Positions 48,026 to 60,522 of a stretch of 64,000 nucleotides of DNA are shown piece by piece. The notes beneath the pieces are model-generated. The model saw only the letters and a program-made list of their open reading frames with translations, was not told the DNA's origin and searched no databases. Position 1 is the first letter of the stretch, and every line of letters begins with the position of its first letter. Source of the DNA: an uncultured Actinomycetota bacterium (lineage in GTDB: Bacteria > Actinomycetota > Actinomycetes > DATJPE01); the NCBI GenBank assembly GCA_963820065.1, contig CAWFYM010000002.1:27103-91102 (forward strand), read 5' to 3'. Both the position numbers and the translations under genes were made by a program.

Positions 48026-49687
48026 TTGCCCTCAGCTGACAGGCTGGACGCCCCTGCTGCGCGGCCCCAGGATGGGTCCGTGTCCGAGCTCCGGCTGGTA
48101 ATCGCGTCCAGGATCGTCACCCAGTCGGGCGACGACGTCACGGCGCTGCTCGTCGCCGGAGATCGGGTCTTCGCCGCCGGATCGGTGGACGAGATGGAGT
48201 GCCTGGCGCCGGATGCTGGGCGCTGGGACTACGGCGACGTGACCGTCGTGCCCGGCCTCAACGACGCGCACAGCCACCTGACGATGACCGCAGCGCAGGC
48301 GACCGGACTCGACCTCTCAGGTGATGATGTCGACGGGCCGGACGCCCTCGAACGGGCACTGATGAACTTCGCGGAGGGCCTACCGCCGGGGGCCTGGCTG
48401 ATCGGCAACCGCTACGACCACGTGCGCAGCGGCAACGGTCGCCGGCTGACGCGAGCAGATCTGGATCGGCTCGTCCCTGACGGTCCGGCCATCGTGGTGA
48501 ACATCGGCGCCCACTGGGGTGTGGCCAACTCCCGAGCTCTCGCGTTGGGCGGCCTTGACGACGGATCGGGCGACCCGGCGGGCGGACGGCTCGGGCGCGA
48601 CGAACAGGGACGACTCGACGGATATCTCGCCGAGCAGGCGCTGTTTGACTTCGTCTACCCGTCGCTCGCCTCGGGGACGCCGATCGCACCGGTCATTGGT
48701 GTCGATGCCCACGCCGCGGCGATCCTCGAGGTCGCCGAAACGTTTCTCGCCTCCGGCCTCACCTCTGTGGGGGACGCAATGGTCGGGCCGCACGAGCTCC
48801 GGGCGCTGCAGGAGGCGCGGAACCGTGGGCTCGGGCTGAGGGTGAACGCGCTGCTCACCTACCCCAACCTCTCGACGGTCGCCGACCTCGGACTTCGGGA
48901 CGGCTTCGGTGACGAGTGGCTGCGGATCGGGGGGATCAAGGCCTTCGCGGACGGTGCCGTCGCCGGTCGTTCTTGCGCCGTCGCGGAGCCGTTCGAGGGT
49001 ACGGACGATCGAGGCATCCTCACGATGGACGAGGCGCGACTCACCGAGCTCGTCGAGCAGGCGACCGGCGCGGGCGTGCGGCTCGCGATCCATGCCAACG
49101 GGGAACGAGCGATCACCATGGTGCTCGACGCCTTGGAGGCGGCCCCGGATCGGGGGGAGGGTCGCCGGCTCAGGCACCGCATCGAGCACTGCTCCCTCGT
49201 GACGCCGGAGATCCTTTCCCGGATGGCGAGCCTCGATGTCATGGCTGTGCCCTTCGGCAGCTACGCCTGGTTTCACGGCGAAACGCTGATCGGTTGGTAC
49301 GGGCGCGCGCGGCTGGAACGGATGTTTGCTCATCGGTCGATGCTGGATGCCGGCCTCACCGTCGCAGGTTCATCGGACTATCCCTGCGGCCCCTTCGAAC
49401 CCCTGCTCGGGCTTCAGAGCTGTGTCACCAGGCGTTCTCGGCAGGGGAGCGACGTAGGACCGAGCCAGCGGGTCTCGCTGCGCGAGGCCCTGTGGATGTA
49501 CACCGTGGGGTCGGCGACCGTGTCAGGCGAGGAGGCCGTCAAGGGTCGGCTCGCGCCGGGATTCCTCGCCGACTTCACGGTGCTGGAGGGAGATCTCATG
49601 GCCGTGGACGCAGATGAGGTCGGCGCGGTGGAGGTTTTGGCCACGTGGGTCGGCGGCGAGCCGCGCTGGCAGCGTGGGTCTGCCTGA
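48026..49687 (+). CDS. Amidohydrolase-family (Amidohydro_3) metal-dependent hydrolase
   Basis: 553-aa ORF with VVPGLNDAHSHL, LAIHANGERA, HRIEHCS and GSSDYP. The start codon is uncertain. Confidence 0.85.
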   Translation: MPSADRLDAPAARPQDGSVSELRLVIASRIVTQSGDDVTALLVAGDRVFAAGSVDEMECLAPDAGRWDYGDVTVVPGLNDAHSHLTMTAAQATGLDLSGDDVDGPDALERALMNFAEGLPPGAWLIGNRYDHVRSGNGRRLTRADLDRLVPDGPAIVVNIGAHWGVANSRALALGGLDDGSGDPAGGRLGRDEQGRLDGYLAEQALFDFVYPSLASGTPIAPVIGVDAHAAAILEVAETFLASGLTSVGDAMVGPHELRALQEARNRGLGLRVNALLTYPNLSTVADLGLRDGFGDEWLRIGGIKAFADGAVAGRSCAVAEPFEGTDDRGILTMDEARLTELVEQATGAGVRLAIHANGERAITMVLDALEAAPDRGEGRRLRHRIEHCSLVTPEILSRMASLDVMAVPFGSYAWFHGETLIGWYGRARLERMFAHRSMLDAGLTVAGSSDYPCGPFEPLLGLQSCVTRRSRQGSDVGPSQRVSLREALWMYTVGSATVSGEEAVKGRLAPGFLADFTVLEGDLMAVDADEVGAVEVLATWVGGEPRWQRGSA

Positions 49688-49696
49688 GGCGCGGGC

Positions 49697-50530
49697 TCAC
49701 GCATCGCGTCGCAGCAACGCAAACCCGGCGCCGACCACGGCGATCGCCACCCAGGCGATGAACACCACGACACCTTGCTCGTAGCTCAGGAGATCGACTC
49801 CGGTCTGGGCGCCGGTGAACGCGTTGCCCGCGTTGGAGGGGAGGTACTTCAGGACCGACCCCCAGCTCTCGGGCAGCAGTGCGGTCAGCAGCGCCGGGAC
49901 GAACAGCACGCCGCCGATCAAGACACCAAGCCCGGCTCCGATGCCGCGCAGCAGCACGCCGAGAGCGACCCCGAGCACACCGATGCCCACCAGATAGCCG
50001 ACGGTGCCGAGCACATACCCGGCAACGTCGGGATCCGACCAAGCCACGCTCGTCACTCCGCCCTGGGTCAGCAGCGACGTCCCACCGAAGAAGGCGAGCA
50101 GCACCCCAGCGAGAATGATGGGGGTGACGATGGCCACGAACGTGACGGTCTTGCCGAGGAGGACTGGCCATCGCTTGGGCACCGCCGCCAAGGTGGTGCG
50201 GATCATGCCCGAGGAGTATTCGCGCGCCCCGACGAGGACGCCGAGCACGGCCACGATGAGTACCCCGAAGTTGGCTCCGGCCAGCACGGTCTGCAGCGGG
50301 CTCGTGCCAGCGAAGCCCGGACGGCCAGACGGGTCACTCACTTGGCCGCTTGCGACCGCGGCCGAGACGAGGCCGAACGCGACGATGGCGAGAAACAGTC
50401 CGGCCAGGGTGAGCCAGGTGGAGCGCAAGGTGCGCAGCTTGATCCACTCGGAGCGAACGACTCGGCCGACCGACGTGTGGGACTCTCCGGTGTCCACGGC
50501 CATAGGCGCGGGGACGGTGAGGGTGGTCAT
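49697..50530 (-). CDS. ABC-2-type transporter permease
   Basis: 277-aa ORF with six hydrophobic helices. Its start codon shares one base with the ATPase stop. Confidence 0.8.
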   Translation of the reverse strand: MTTLTVPAPMAVDTGESHTSVGRVVRSEWIKLRTLRSTWLTLAGLFLAIVAFGLVSAAVASGQVSDPSGRPGFAGTSPLQTVLAGANFGVLIVAVLGVLVGAREYSSGMIRTTLAAVPKRWPVLLGKTVTFVAIVTPIILAGVLLAFFGGTSLLTQGGVTSVAWSDPDVAGYVLGTVGYLVGIGVLGVALGVLLRGIGAGLGVLIGGVLFVPALLTALLPESWGSVLKYLPSNAGNAFTGAQTGVDLLSYEQGVVVFIAWVAIAVVGAGFALLRRDA

Positions 50531-51240
50531 CAGGCGGCCTTCCGGTCCATGTGGGTGCTGTTCGCGCCGTGGTACTCCACGGCGTCTTGGGTGAGTTCCA
50601 GGAATGCTTCCTCGAGCGACGCGGCCTGCGGGGTTAGCTCATGCAGGGTGATGTGGTTCGCCATGGCGACGTCCCCGATGGTTCTCGCTTCGAGACCCTC
50701 AACGTCGAGCACGCCGTGGTCGCGGGAGACGACCGTCACCTGCGGTGAGGCGAGCAGGTCGCGTAAGGCTGTGGCGTCCGGGGTCACGACTCGCACTCGG
50801 CTGGTCGACGCGGCCGTGATGAACGCGGCCATGCCCACGTCGGCGAGGATGCGGCCGCGGCCGATGACGATGAGGTGTTCCGCAGTGAGCTCGAGCTCGC
50901 TCATGAGGTGGGAGCTGAGGAATACCGTGCGCCCTTCGGCGGCCAAACTCTTGAGGAGGTTGCGGATCCACAGGATGCCATCGGGGTCGAGGCCGTTGAC
51001 CGGCTCGTCGAGCATGACGATCTGGGGATCGGCCAGCAGAGCCGAGGCGATGCCCAGCCGTTGACCCATCCCGAGAGAGAAGCCGCCCGCGGGCTTGCGA
51101 CCGACGTCGGCCAGGCCGACTACCTCGAGGAGGTCGTCCACCCGTCCGGCTCCGATGCCGACGGTGGCGCCGAGCGCCAGCAGGTGGTTGCGGGCTGACC
51201 GGCCTTTGTCGACCGCCTTGGCCTCGAGCAGAGCTCCAAC
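50530..51240 (-). pseudogene. ABC transporter ATP-binding protein, 5'-truncated (no Walker A)
   Basis: The signature and Walker B (FSLGMGQRLGIASALLADPQIVMLDEPVNGLDP) and H-loop (VFLSSHLM) are present. Homology begins only at VGALLEAKAVDKGRSARNHLL, and the N-terminal third is absent. Confidence 0.8.
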
Positions 51241-51250
51241 GGGGCTGGTG
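51230..51250. other. Breakpoint between two unrelated sequence blocks (contig join or chimera)
   Basis: The truncated ABC ATPase (minus strand) and the truncated kdsD (plus strand) meet within about 10 bp, with no spacer, repeat or mobile-element end. Confidence 0.7.
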
Positions 51251-52090
51251 GGGCAGAAGCTGGCCGCGACCCTCGCCTCGACCGGCACCCGGGCGTTCCC
51301 GCTCCACCCGGCCGAGGCGGTCCACGGCGACCTCGGGCCGGATCCGGGCCGACGACGTGGTGATCGCCCTCTCGCAGAGCGGCGAGACCGAGGAGGTCCT
51401 GCGGCTGATCCCGGCGCTCCGGCGGATCGGCGCCAGCCTGGTGGCGATCACCGAGCGGGCGACCAGCACGCTCGGGCGGGCGGCCGACCTCTGCATCGCG
51501 CTGGGGCCGATCGAGGAGGCCTGCCCGCTCGGCCTGGCGCCCGTCGGCCAGCACGACGGCGATGATGGCCGTCGGCGACGCCCTGGCGCTCCTGGTCAGC
51601 CGGATGCGCGACTTCTCGCGCCGAGGATTTCGCCCTCTATCACCCGGCCGGCAGCCTGGGGCGCAAGCTGATGCGGGTCGAGGACGTGATGCGGACCGGC
51701 CGGCACATCCGCCGGGCGCAGCGTCGACGAGACCGTCCGCGAGGTCTTCGTCCGGCTCGCCGGCCCGCGGCGGCGGTCGGGGGCGGTGCTGGTCGAGGAC
51801 GACGACGAGCCGGCTGCTGGGGATCTTCACCGACAGCGACCTCGCCCGCCTGTTCGAGAAGCGCCGCGAGGGCGACCTCGACCGGCCGATCGGCGAGGTG
51901 ATGACGCGCCGACCCGTACCGGGTCGCGCGTCGGGCTCGATGCTGGCCGACGCGGTCGAGCTGATGAAGGCGCACAAGATCAGCGAGCTGCCGGTCGTCG
52001 ACCGGGGCGATCGCCTGGTCGGGCCTGATCGACGTCACCGACCTGATCGGCCTGTCCCGCCGCCGACTTCGAGGAGTCGACGCGAGCTGA
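51240..52090 (+). pseudogene. kdsD: Arabinose-5-phosphate isomerase (KdsD/GutQ: SIS + 2 CBS), 5'-truncated with at least 6 +1 frameshifts as written
   Basis: GLVGQKLAATLASTGTRAFPLHPAEAVHGDLG; DDVVIALSQSGETEEVLRLIPALRRIGASLVAITERATSTLGRAADLCIALGPIEEACPLGLAP; MMAVGDALALLVSRMRDFS; RVEDVMRTG; LLGIFTDSDLARLFE; AHKISELPVVDRGDRLVG. These pieces lie in successive frames. Confidence 0.75.
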
Positions 52091-52094
52091 CGCC

Positions 52095-52653
52095 CGACAC
52101 GACCTGCCGCGATCCCGGCGGAACTCGCCGCGCGTTGCGCGGCGATCGAGCTGCTGGCGGTCGACGTCGACGGCGTCCTGACCGACGGCGTGCATCGTCG
52201 TCGACGACCAGGGCGTCGAGTCGAAGCATTTCTACGTCCGCGACGGCCTCGGCGTTCGCGCTCTGGCAGACGCGCCGGCAAGCGGTCGGCGATCGTCTCG
52301 GGCCGGTCGGCCGAGGTCGTCGAACCGCCGGGCCGCCGAGCTGAAGATCGACCGCGTCGCCCAGGGGATCGACGACAAGGCGTCGGCCGTTCCGGGCGCT
52401 GCTCGCGGAGTTCGGGCTCGACGCCGCGCAGGTCTGCTACGTCGGCGACGACCTGATCGACCTGCCGGCGCTGCGGTCGGTCGGCCTGGCCGCCTGCCCG
52501 GCCGACGCCGTCGCCGAGGTCCGCCAGGCGGCCCATCTCACGACCCGCGCAACCGGAGGAAGAGGCGTCGTCCGCGAGGTCGTCGAGGTCGTCATGAAGG
52601 CGCAAGGGCTGTGGCACGCCGCTTGCGAGGGGTACCGCGTGCCAGCGATGTAA
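52095..52653 (+). pseudogene. kdsC: Kdo-8-phosphate phosphatase (KdsC/YrbI HAD family), about 5 +1 frameshifts as written
   Basis: IELLAVDVDGVLTDG; HFYVRDGLG; GKRSAIVSGRSAEVVE; ELKIDRVAQGIDDKASA; VCYVGDDLIDLPALRSVGLAACPADAVAEVRQAAHLTTRATGGRGVVREVVEVVMKAQGLW. Confidence 0.75.
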
Positions 52654-52763
52654 GCGGGCTCAGGCGGAGCCGCCGTCCCAACCGGAAGTTCGTCCGTGCG
52701 CGATCGAGGTCGTCGCTCGATCGCCGGAACAGGAACTCGCCGACGTTACGGAATGGTTAATTC

Positions 52764-55700
52764 GTGTTCAAGACACTCTTCAAGCTCGTGACCGTGTTCG
52801 GCCTCCTGGTGGTGCTCCTACCAGGGGTACGTCCGCGCGTTCGCGTTCGTGATCAACCGCCTGACCGCGGACCGCCACGTCGACCAGATTCCGTTCGAGC
52901 TCCACGACTCCGACGCCGTGCCGGGGGCCAAGGAGATGGCCCGCGTCTACTTCGGCAAGGACCACTGGACGAGCCGCCCCGACGTCGCCGCTCCACTTCA
53001 ACTCCGACCGCGGCATCTACCTGTATCGCCAAGAAGATCGCCCCGCCCGAGGGCGAGGACGGCGTCAAGGCCGACGGCAAGCGGCTGGTGTTCAAGGGGT
53101 CGCCGTCATCCTCAAGACGCAGGGCGGCCGCAGCACCAAGATCATCACCAGCGAGGAAGCCCGGCTCGACTTCAACAAGCGGCTCGGCTTCGACGCCAAG
53201 CCCGAGCGCCGAGCCCATGACCGTCAAGCACGCCCGGCTCGAGCGCAACGTGATGATCCGCGACGACCGCGGCACGCCCGACGACCCGAAGGACGACATG
53301 GTCGTCGGCCCGCTGACCTGGATCGAGTACGACGACGACAAGCTTCAGGTCCACACCGATTCCGACATCCTCCTGGTCGACCGCGACCTCCGCGTGACGG
53401 CCACCGGCCTGGACATCAAGCTCCGGCCCAAGACCGACCCCAACCGGCCGAGCGGCCCCGCCACGGGCTTCGAGGGCGCCGAGAGCGCCGTCTTGCGCAA
53501 GAACGTCAACATGGTCTTCGGCGACGTCGGCAGCACCGGCGTGCTTCCCGGCGCGGTGAAGACCAAGAAGACGGCCGACGGCAAGATCGTCGCCGAGGCC
53601 GAGGTCGACCCCAAGCTCGCCCAGAGACCGAGCAAGAAGCCGGCCGCCGCGAGCCCGTGCCGCTGAACATCCAGTGCGACGGGCCGATGCAGATCGACCT
53701 GCCCAACGCCCCCATGCCGGTGAAGGTCGGCCCGCCCGCGCCCCCCGCGCCGACGCTCGTCCGGTACAACCGCAACGTCGTCGTCCGCCGCGGCAAGCTC
53801 ACCGAGCTTCCCGACCAGCTCAACTGCGACACCCTCGACCTCACGCTCCTGCCGGCCGAGAAGCCCGCCACGAAGCCCGACGACGCCGAAGCTCGACGAC
53901 GGCTCGCCAAGGCCGACAAGCCGGCCGCGCCGCGAAGCCGCCGCCGCGGCCGACGGCGAGGAGAAGGGCCTCTTCGGCGGCCTGGCGCTCCGCCGGGCCA
54001 AGGCGAGCGGCCACGCGGTCTGGCTCCAGATGCCGTCGCAGGGCGCCAAGGTCCTCTGCATCGAGCTGATCCACAACAAGGACCCGCTCACCGGCAAGAA
54101 CACGACCCACTTCCTGGGCGGCTCGCGGCGGCTGATGGTCATCAAGGAGGACGTCGCGCCAGGAAGGCCCCGACAAGGGCAAGGTTCAGTCGGTCACCCA
54201 CGTCTGGTGCGCCGACGCGACCCTGATCGACGACGGCGACATGGACCGCGCGCACCCTCGTGGCCAACGGCCCCGGGCTGCTGGAAACCCGGCCCGGCCC
54301 CAAGCAGGGGAGGGCCCCCCAGGCGAGACGCCCCCCGACCGCACGGCCGTCTGGCAGGACCAGCTCTGGCTCCGGAACGAGATCGGCCCCGACGGCGCGA
54401 TCACCGGCAAGATCATCGTCCTCAAGGGGCAGCCGCGCGTCGTCAGGACCGGCTCCAGAAGGCCTCGCTCGACGCCGCCGACAGCATCGTCGTCTGGCTC
54501 GAACTCGAAGCCCGAGGCCCCCAAGACCGCCACGACGCTCGACCTCGCGAGGTCGTCCCCGCCGCCTACACGGCCGCCGATCCGGCCTCGACCGCGCCCA
54601 AGCTCGGCGGCGGCGGCATGACCATCCGCCGGCTGCTGGCCGTCAAGGACGTCCACCTGGTCACGCCCGTCGCACGACATCCGCTACCGCGAGAGACCTC
54701 GACGTCGACTTCCAGCAATCCAAGATCACGCGCGCTCGCCCCCGGCGCCCGGCACGCCGCGCCCAAGCCCGTCGCGCCCCCGCCGCCGCGCCGGAGCCGC
54801 CGCCGACGCCTCCGGCCGGAGCCAGTCGGCCGCCCCCGCGCCCAAGCCGGCCGAGCCCCTGATGACCGCCGTCGGCCGACCGCGTGCAGGTCATGATGAT
54901 CGTCGGCCCCAAGCCGCCCGCGCACCGGCCAAACGGCCGCGTCGGCCTCGACTCGCCGATTCCCGGCGGCTCGGACGCGAACTACCAGATCCGCGACGTC
55001 GACGATGCGCGGCGGGGTCGTCCTCCATCAAGACCCCGAGCCGGGCAAGACGAAGGGGACCGACGCCGTCGGCGAAGTCCTCATCCTTCGCAACGACGCC
55101 CCGGGCAAGGCGGTCTTCGACCTGTATCACCACGATCCGTACTCGATCAAGACCCGCACGCATCAACCCCGAGACCATGCCCCGCGCCCGGGTCGAGACC
55201 GAGGAGATGACGATCGAGGCCAAGCGTCATCGGCGTCAACCAGACGACCAACCAGGCCTGGGCCTACGGCGCCGGCAAGCTCACCCAGATGACCGACCGC
55301 GGCCTCCTGACCGACCGCTCGCCCGACGCCCAGAACCAGCGCCGCAGGACGGCGACGACAAGACCGTCGTCGTCGACAAGCCGCAGAAGCGAGCGGGCAA
55401 GGTGAAGTCCGAGAAGACCAAGATCACCATCACCTGGGCCGACAAGATGACCTTCGAGGGGGTCACGGTCGACCCGTATGAACCGGCCCGCCGCCAAGGC
55501 CGTCTTCTACAACAACGCCCGGGCCGAGATGGAAGACGCGCGTGCTCTACGGCGGCGAATCGATCACCACCTACACCGACCGGCCGATCCCGCTGGCCGA
55601 GGTCGGCAAGCTGACCCGGAAGCCGAAGCCCGCCGCCGCGCCGCGAACGCGGAGGACCTGCCGGCCGCCGGCGCGTCGAGGACGAGAACGAGAAGCCCGA

Positions 55701-56750
55701 CCTCGCGCTCATCGTCTGCAAGGGCGAGCCGGGCGCCGTCAGGAACGCGACATGGCCGTGGCCATCACCCGCAAGGTCGATCCCGACCGGCCGGTCCTCA
55801 TGAGCCTGCAGAAGCTCGCCGGTCCAGCAGCTGACCTACGACCGTCGCAGCGGCGAGTTCCTCGCGCCGGGGCCGGGCATGGTCTACCTCTACGACCGTG
55901 AGAACGACCCGACTGAAGCCGAAGGACAACGCCCGCTCCGGCCCTGACCGCCGCGCCGCGTCGGATCGTCCAGCCGACGGCCTACCAGGCAGGCGGCGAC
56001 GGCGACGACAAGGTCGCCGTCCGCAACGCCGACGCGCGGCGCCGCCGTCCGCCGGGACGCCGCGCAAAAGTCGCTGCTGCCGCCGCTTGATCCTCACCCA
56101 GATCCGGTTCAACAAGGAGATGCGCGGACGGTTCGGGACCGGCAAGCAAGACGACGTCGATCAAGCAACGCTGGGCCGAGTTCTTCGGCGGCGTCGAGAC
56201 GGCCCGCTGCGAGGTCCCGGCGTGCTGAAAGCGCCGCTCAACTACGACCACCTGCCGGCCAACGCCTACTTCCTGACCTCGGAGACCCTCCGCGTCATCA
56301 CCGAGCCGCCTCCGGCCGGCTCCGCCGCGGAACGCCCCGAGCCGCAACTTCCTGAAAGCCTGGGACAACGCCTCCGTCACCGCCCGCGACACCACGCTTC
56401 AGGCCGACGTGATCACCTATGATTCGCTCAACGACCTGGTCTACGCCAACGCCCTGGAAGGCCGGAAGGTCCAGATCGCCCAGCAGAACGGCCTCGGCCA
56501 GCCGATCTCGCCGGGCACCGCCACCGGCCGTGCGGATGAACCCCAAGACCGGCGCGGTCGACATGGCCAACCCCAGCGACATCCAGTTGATCGACCACCA
56601 CACCGGCAAGCGTCCCAAGGCGGTCAAGGACTCCGAGCCCGAACCCGGCACCCAAGGACGGGCAAGCCCGCCAAGCCCAAGGAGAAGCGCAAGCCTCCCA
56701 GGCCGCCGCATCCAGAACCGCATGGAACGCCGGGGCTTCACCGGAAGCTG
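52764..56750 (+). pseudogene. Very large N-terminally membrane-anchored protein (possibly LptC/OstA-like by position), many frameshifts as written
   Basis: N-terminal anchor FKTLFKLVTVFGLLVVL, then protein-like segments hopping between all three plus frames for about 4 kb (for example PLNIQCDGPMQIDLPNAPMPVKVGPPAPPAPTLVRYNRNVVVRRGKLTELPDQLNCDTLDLTLLPAEKP). It occupies the slot after kdsD-kdsC. The LptC/OstA family assignment is not verified. Confidence 0.4.
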
Positions 56751-56759
56751 ACCGTCGCA

Positions 56760-56787
56760 TCGCCGGGGCACGCGAACGCCCCGGCGA
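56760..56787 (+). terminator. GC-rich stem-loop after the large ORF (possible terminator)
   Basis: TCGCCGGGGC-acgcgaac-GCCCCGGCGA, a 10-bp perfect stem with no U tract. Confidence 0.3.
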
Positions 56788-57066
56788 CTAGCACGAAGCT
56801 CGCCCGTTCGTCGAGCTGTTGAATCCGCTGAGGCTCATGATGGGTCTTCGAAGTGGCGGCTGTTCGATAGCCGGGGTCTGTGCCCCGAGACCGGGCCGAC
56901 GTGACCGACCTCAACAGAGGCCGGCTACAAGCCGGCCGAGACGACATTGGCAAGCCCGTCACCCCGATATCCATCATGAGCCTCGTCGAGATCGTCAGTG
57001 CAACATGACGGTCATCGATCAACGCCTTCTATCCGAGGCCGTCTTGGTTCAGTCGCCGCTCCTCGA

Positions 57067-58205
57067 TCAATACACCTCGCCCGGCGCGGGGACCGTGGGA
57101 CGAGGGGAGGGCGGAGGAGGCGGCGGCCGGCGAGGGTAGCGGTGGTGCCAGCCTTCGACGGCGCGGATGGTGTTCAGGTCGTCGCGGGTCAGGCCGTAGC
57201 GGCCGAACCAGGGGGTGCCGAGTTCGCGGACGAGGGCGTCGACCTCGGCGACCCGCTGGCGGCCGGTGGTCGGCGGCGAACTCGGTGCGGGCCGCGGCGT
57301 CGGGCTGGAGGAAGTACTCCTTCCAGAAGGCCCGGCCGCCGAGGACGCCCGCGGCCCCGGCGCCCATGCGCCATCTCGACCTGCACGAGATAGTCGGCGT
57401 AGTCGACGCCCGCCGACAGCAAGCACCCAGGGGCGCTCGCTGGCCGCGTCGAGCGCGTGGAGGTTGTCCTCGAGCTGCTCGTCGCTCTCGCGGCCGAGCG
57501 TGCCGGGGAACTCGGCCTTGTAGACGTCGCAGAACCGGCTGAGCTGGCGGGCCGACTCGATCACCGTCTCGGCCTTGCGGTCGAGGAACGAGGCGTCGGT
57601 CTTCTTCTCGCCGCCGAAGGGGAACGCGACGGTCTCCAGCAGCAACAGGATGTCGTGCTTCTTGCACTCGTCGTAGACGTCGCTCGATCATCGCCGAATT
57701 GGTGCTCGGCCGAGTGCGGCTCGGTCGGCTCGAACTGGGCGAGCAGCTTGACGGCGTCGGCCCCCATCAGCTTGATCTTCTCGACGCTCCAGCCCGGCTC
57801 GACCGCCGCCAGCGGCGCGCCGACCTTGTTCTTGGGGCTGGCCGACTTCTCGACCCGGACGAGCAGCCCCTTGTGCGGGCGGGATCGCCCCCGAGGCGAT
57901 CGCCGACCAGGCGCCGTAGTAGGCGTCGATCAGCACGCCCGAGGCCGCCGGGCGCCAGCGTGCCGCATCAGGTCGAGCTTGGCCTCGACGATCTCCTCAT
58001 AGGTCGGCGTCGCGGTCCTCGCCCCTCGGCCTTGAGGGCCTTGGCCGCCATGTCGATCACCGAGCTGTTCTGGTCGAGGGCCAGCATCGTCAGCGTGCCG
58101 TTGGGGTTGCTGATCCGCTGCAGGCCCCGCAGCTTGCCGGGCGTCAGCCCCTTGCTCAGCAACGTCGTGGCGCTCAGCTTGGCGCGAGGTATCCCCGAAC
58201 GACAT
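57067..58205 (-). pseudogene. LacD-like class I aldolase (tagatose-1,6-bisphosphate aldolase family), several frameshifts as written
   Basis: [29 protein letters not shown]; [18 protein letters not shown]; KLMGADAVKLLAQFEP; LLLETVAFPFGGEKKTDASFLDRKAETVIESARQLSRFCDVYKAEFPGTLG; LSAGVDYADYLVQVEMA; GVLGGRAFWKEYFLQPD. These pieces lie in successive frames. Confidence 0.65.
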
Positions 58206-58604
58206 GGCCGACCTTCTTCTCTGTCTGGACGCCTACCGAAATTCCGACGAACGAGCCGCGACCGCATTCTAACCGGCTCGCGTGGCCGACGCCAGGCCGA
58301 CGCGATTGCGGACGCGCGGGCCAATCGCTTACGAACGGCTCGATCCGTTCGGACACGTCTGATGGCCGATGCATGGGCGCGGCGTGGCCGGGATCCGGCC
58401 AGCGTGCTCGATACACAAGGGATTGCGAGCACGCCTTGACTTCGTTCGCACCGGGCCCGCTCGACTGGGGCCGGCGTCCGGGCCGCGACGGCTCTCCCCC
58501 GTCGCATTCGCATCGCATTTCCATCCAACGTACGCGGGCCGGCCGCAGGCGTCCGCCCCCAGAGAGGGACCGCCACGGCCGCCGCGGATCGGAGAGTCTC
58601 CGAC

Positions 58605-59672
<1,068 letters not shown>

Positions 59673-59879
59673 GCCGACGCTTGAGCCGCGATCCGTCGGA
59701 AAAACTCCAGCCGCCCGCCGCGAGCGTCGATAACAGTGTGTCGGATGGAAGATCCGACCCGGTCAGGGAAGACCGAGACCAGGCCCCGTAATCCTCGGTC
59801 GCGTCCAGGGACGGATGCGCGACCCGCGGGCCAAGGGCCAGGGAAGGCCCCTGCTTCAGATATTCGCGGTATCGCAAGC

Positions 59880-59914
59880 GCCCCGCCGGTTTCACGACCC
59901 GGCGGGGCGTTTTG
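59880..59914 (+). terminator. Rho-independent terminator
   Basis: GCCCCGCCGG-tttcacgac-CCGGCGGGGC followed by GTTTTG. Confidence 0.6.
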
Positions 59915-59950
59915 CATTGCGCCGGCCGTCGCGACCGAACCTGCGATGCC

Positions 59951-60515
59951 TCAGCGGGCGCCGACGCCGATCAGCACGCGCATGCCGTCGCTGAGCGCCC
60001 GCTCGTAGAAGAAGAGCTGGTTCTCGGGGGCGTCGACCAGGGTCGAGAACCGCTGCTCGGTCGCCGTCGATCAGCTCGCAGCGGAGCCGGACGCGGCCGA
60101 AATCGTCGGGCGAGGGGGCGCCAGCGTCGTCTCGGCCCGCCAGCCTCGGCCCAGGTCGCACGTCAGCGATCTCGCCCGGCATCGAGCCGGCCGCTCTGCA
60201 CTTCGAGCAGCTCGAAGCCATGATCGGGCAAGACCTTGCGAAGCTGCGCCTTGACGCTCGACAGCCGGGGGTCGATCTTCGACTCCCCCGGCATCGCCCG
60301 GATCGCGAACACCGTCACCTGCGGCGCCGCGGCGGGATCGCGACGTGGGAAGCCGCGGATGAAGGGGCGTTCGGGAGGGGGGAGCGGCGACCGGCGACTC
60401 GCGCACCAGGTCCGGCAGTCGCTGCGTCACGATCAGGCCCGAGACCGAGACTCCGACGACGACCAGGGCGATCTGGAACCAGCAGCGTGTAGTCGCGCCG
60501 CCGGGGCGTGGGCAC
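59951..60515 (-). pseudogene. Hypothetical membrane-anchored protein downstream of the anti-sigma gene, frameshifted as written
   Basis: MPTPRRRDYTL, the TM segment FQIALVVVGVSVSGLIVTQ, then VTVFAIRAMPGESKIDPRLSSVKAQLRKVLPDHGFELLEVQSG and a tail ending at the TGA (59951-59953). The pieces lie in several frames. Confidence 0.35.
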
Positions 60516-60522
60516 GAGAGGC

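Noticed and set aside
49775-51064. A 429-aa plus-strand ORF.
   Set aside because: It is antisense to the ABC permease and ATPase genes, with low-complexity Arg/Asp/Gly-rich translation.
51120-52617. Long minus-strand ORFs of 285 and 325 aa.
   Set aside because: They are antisense to kdsD and kdsC and are extremely Arg/Pro-rich, so they are shadow ORFs.
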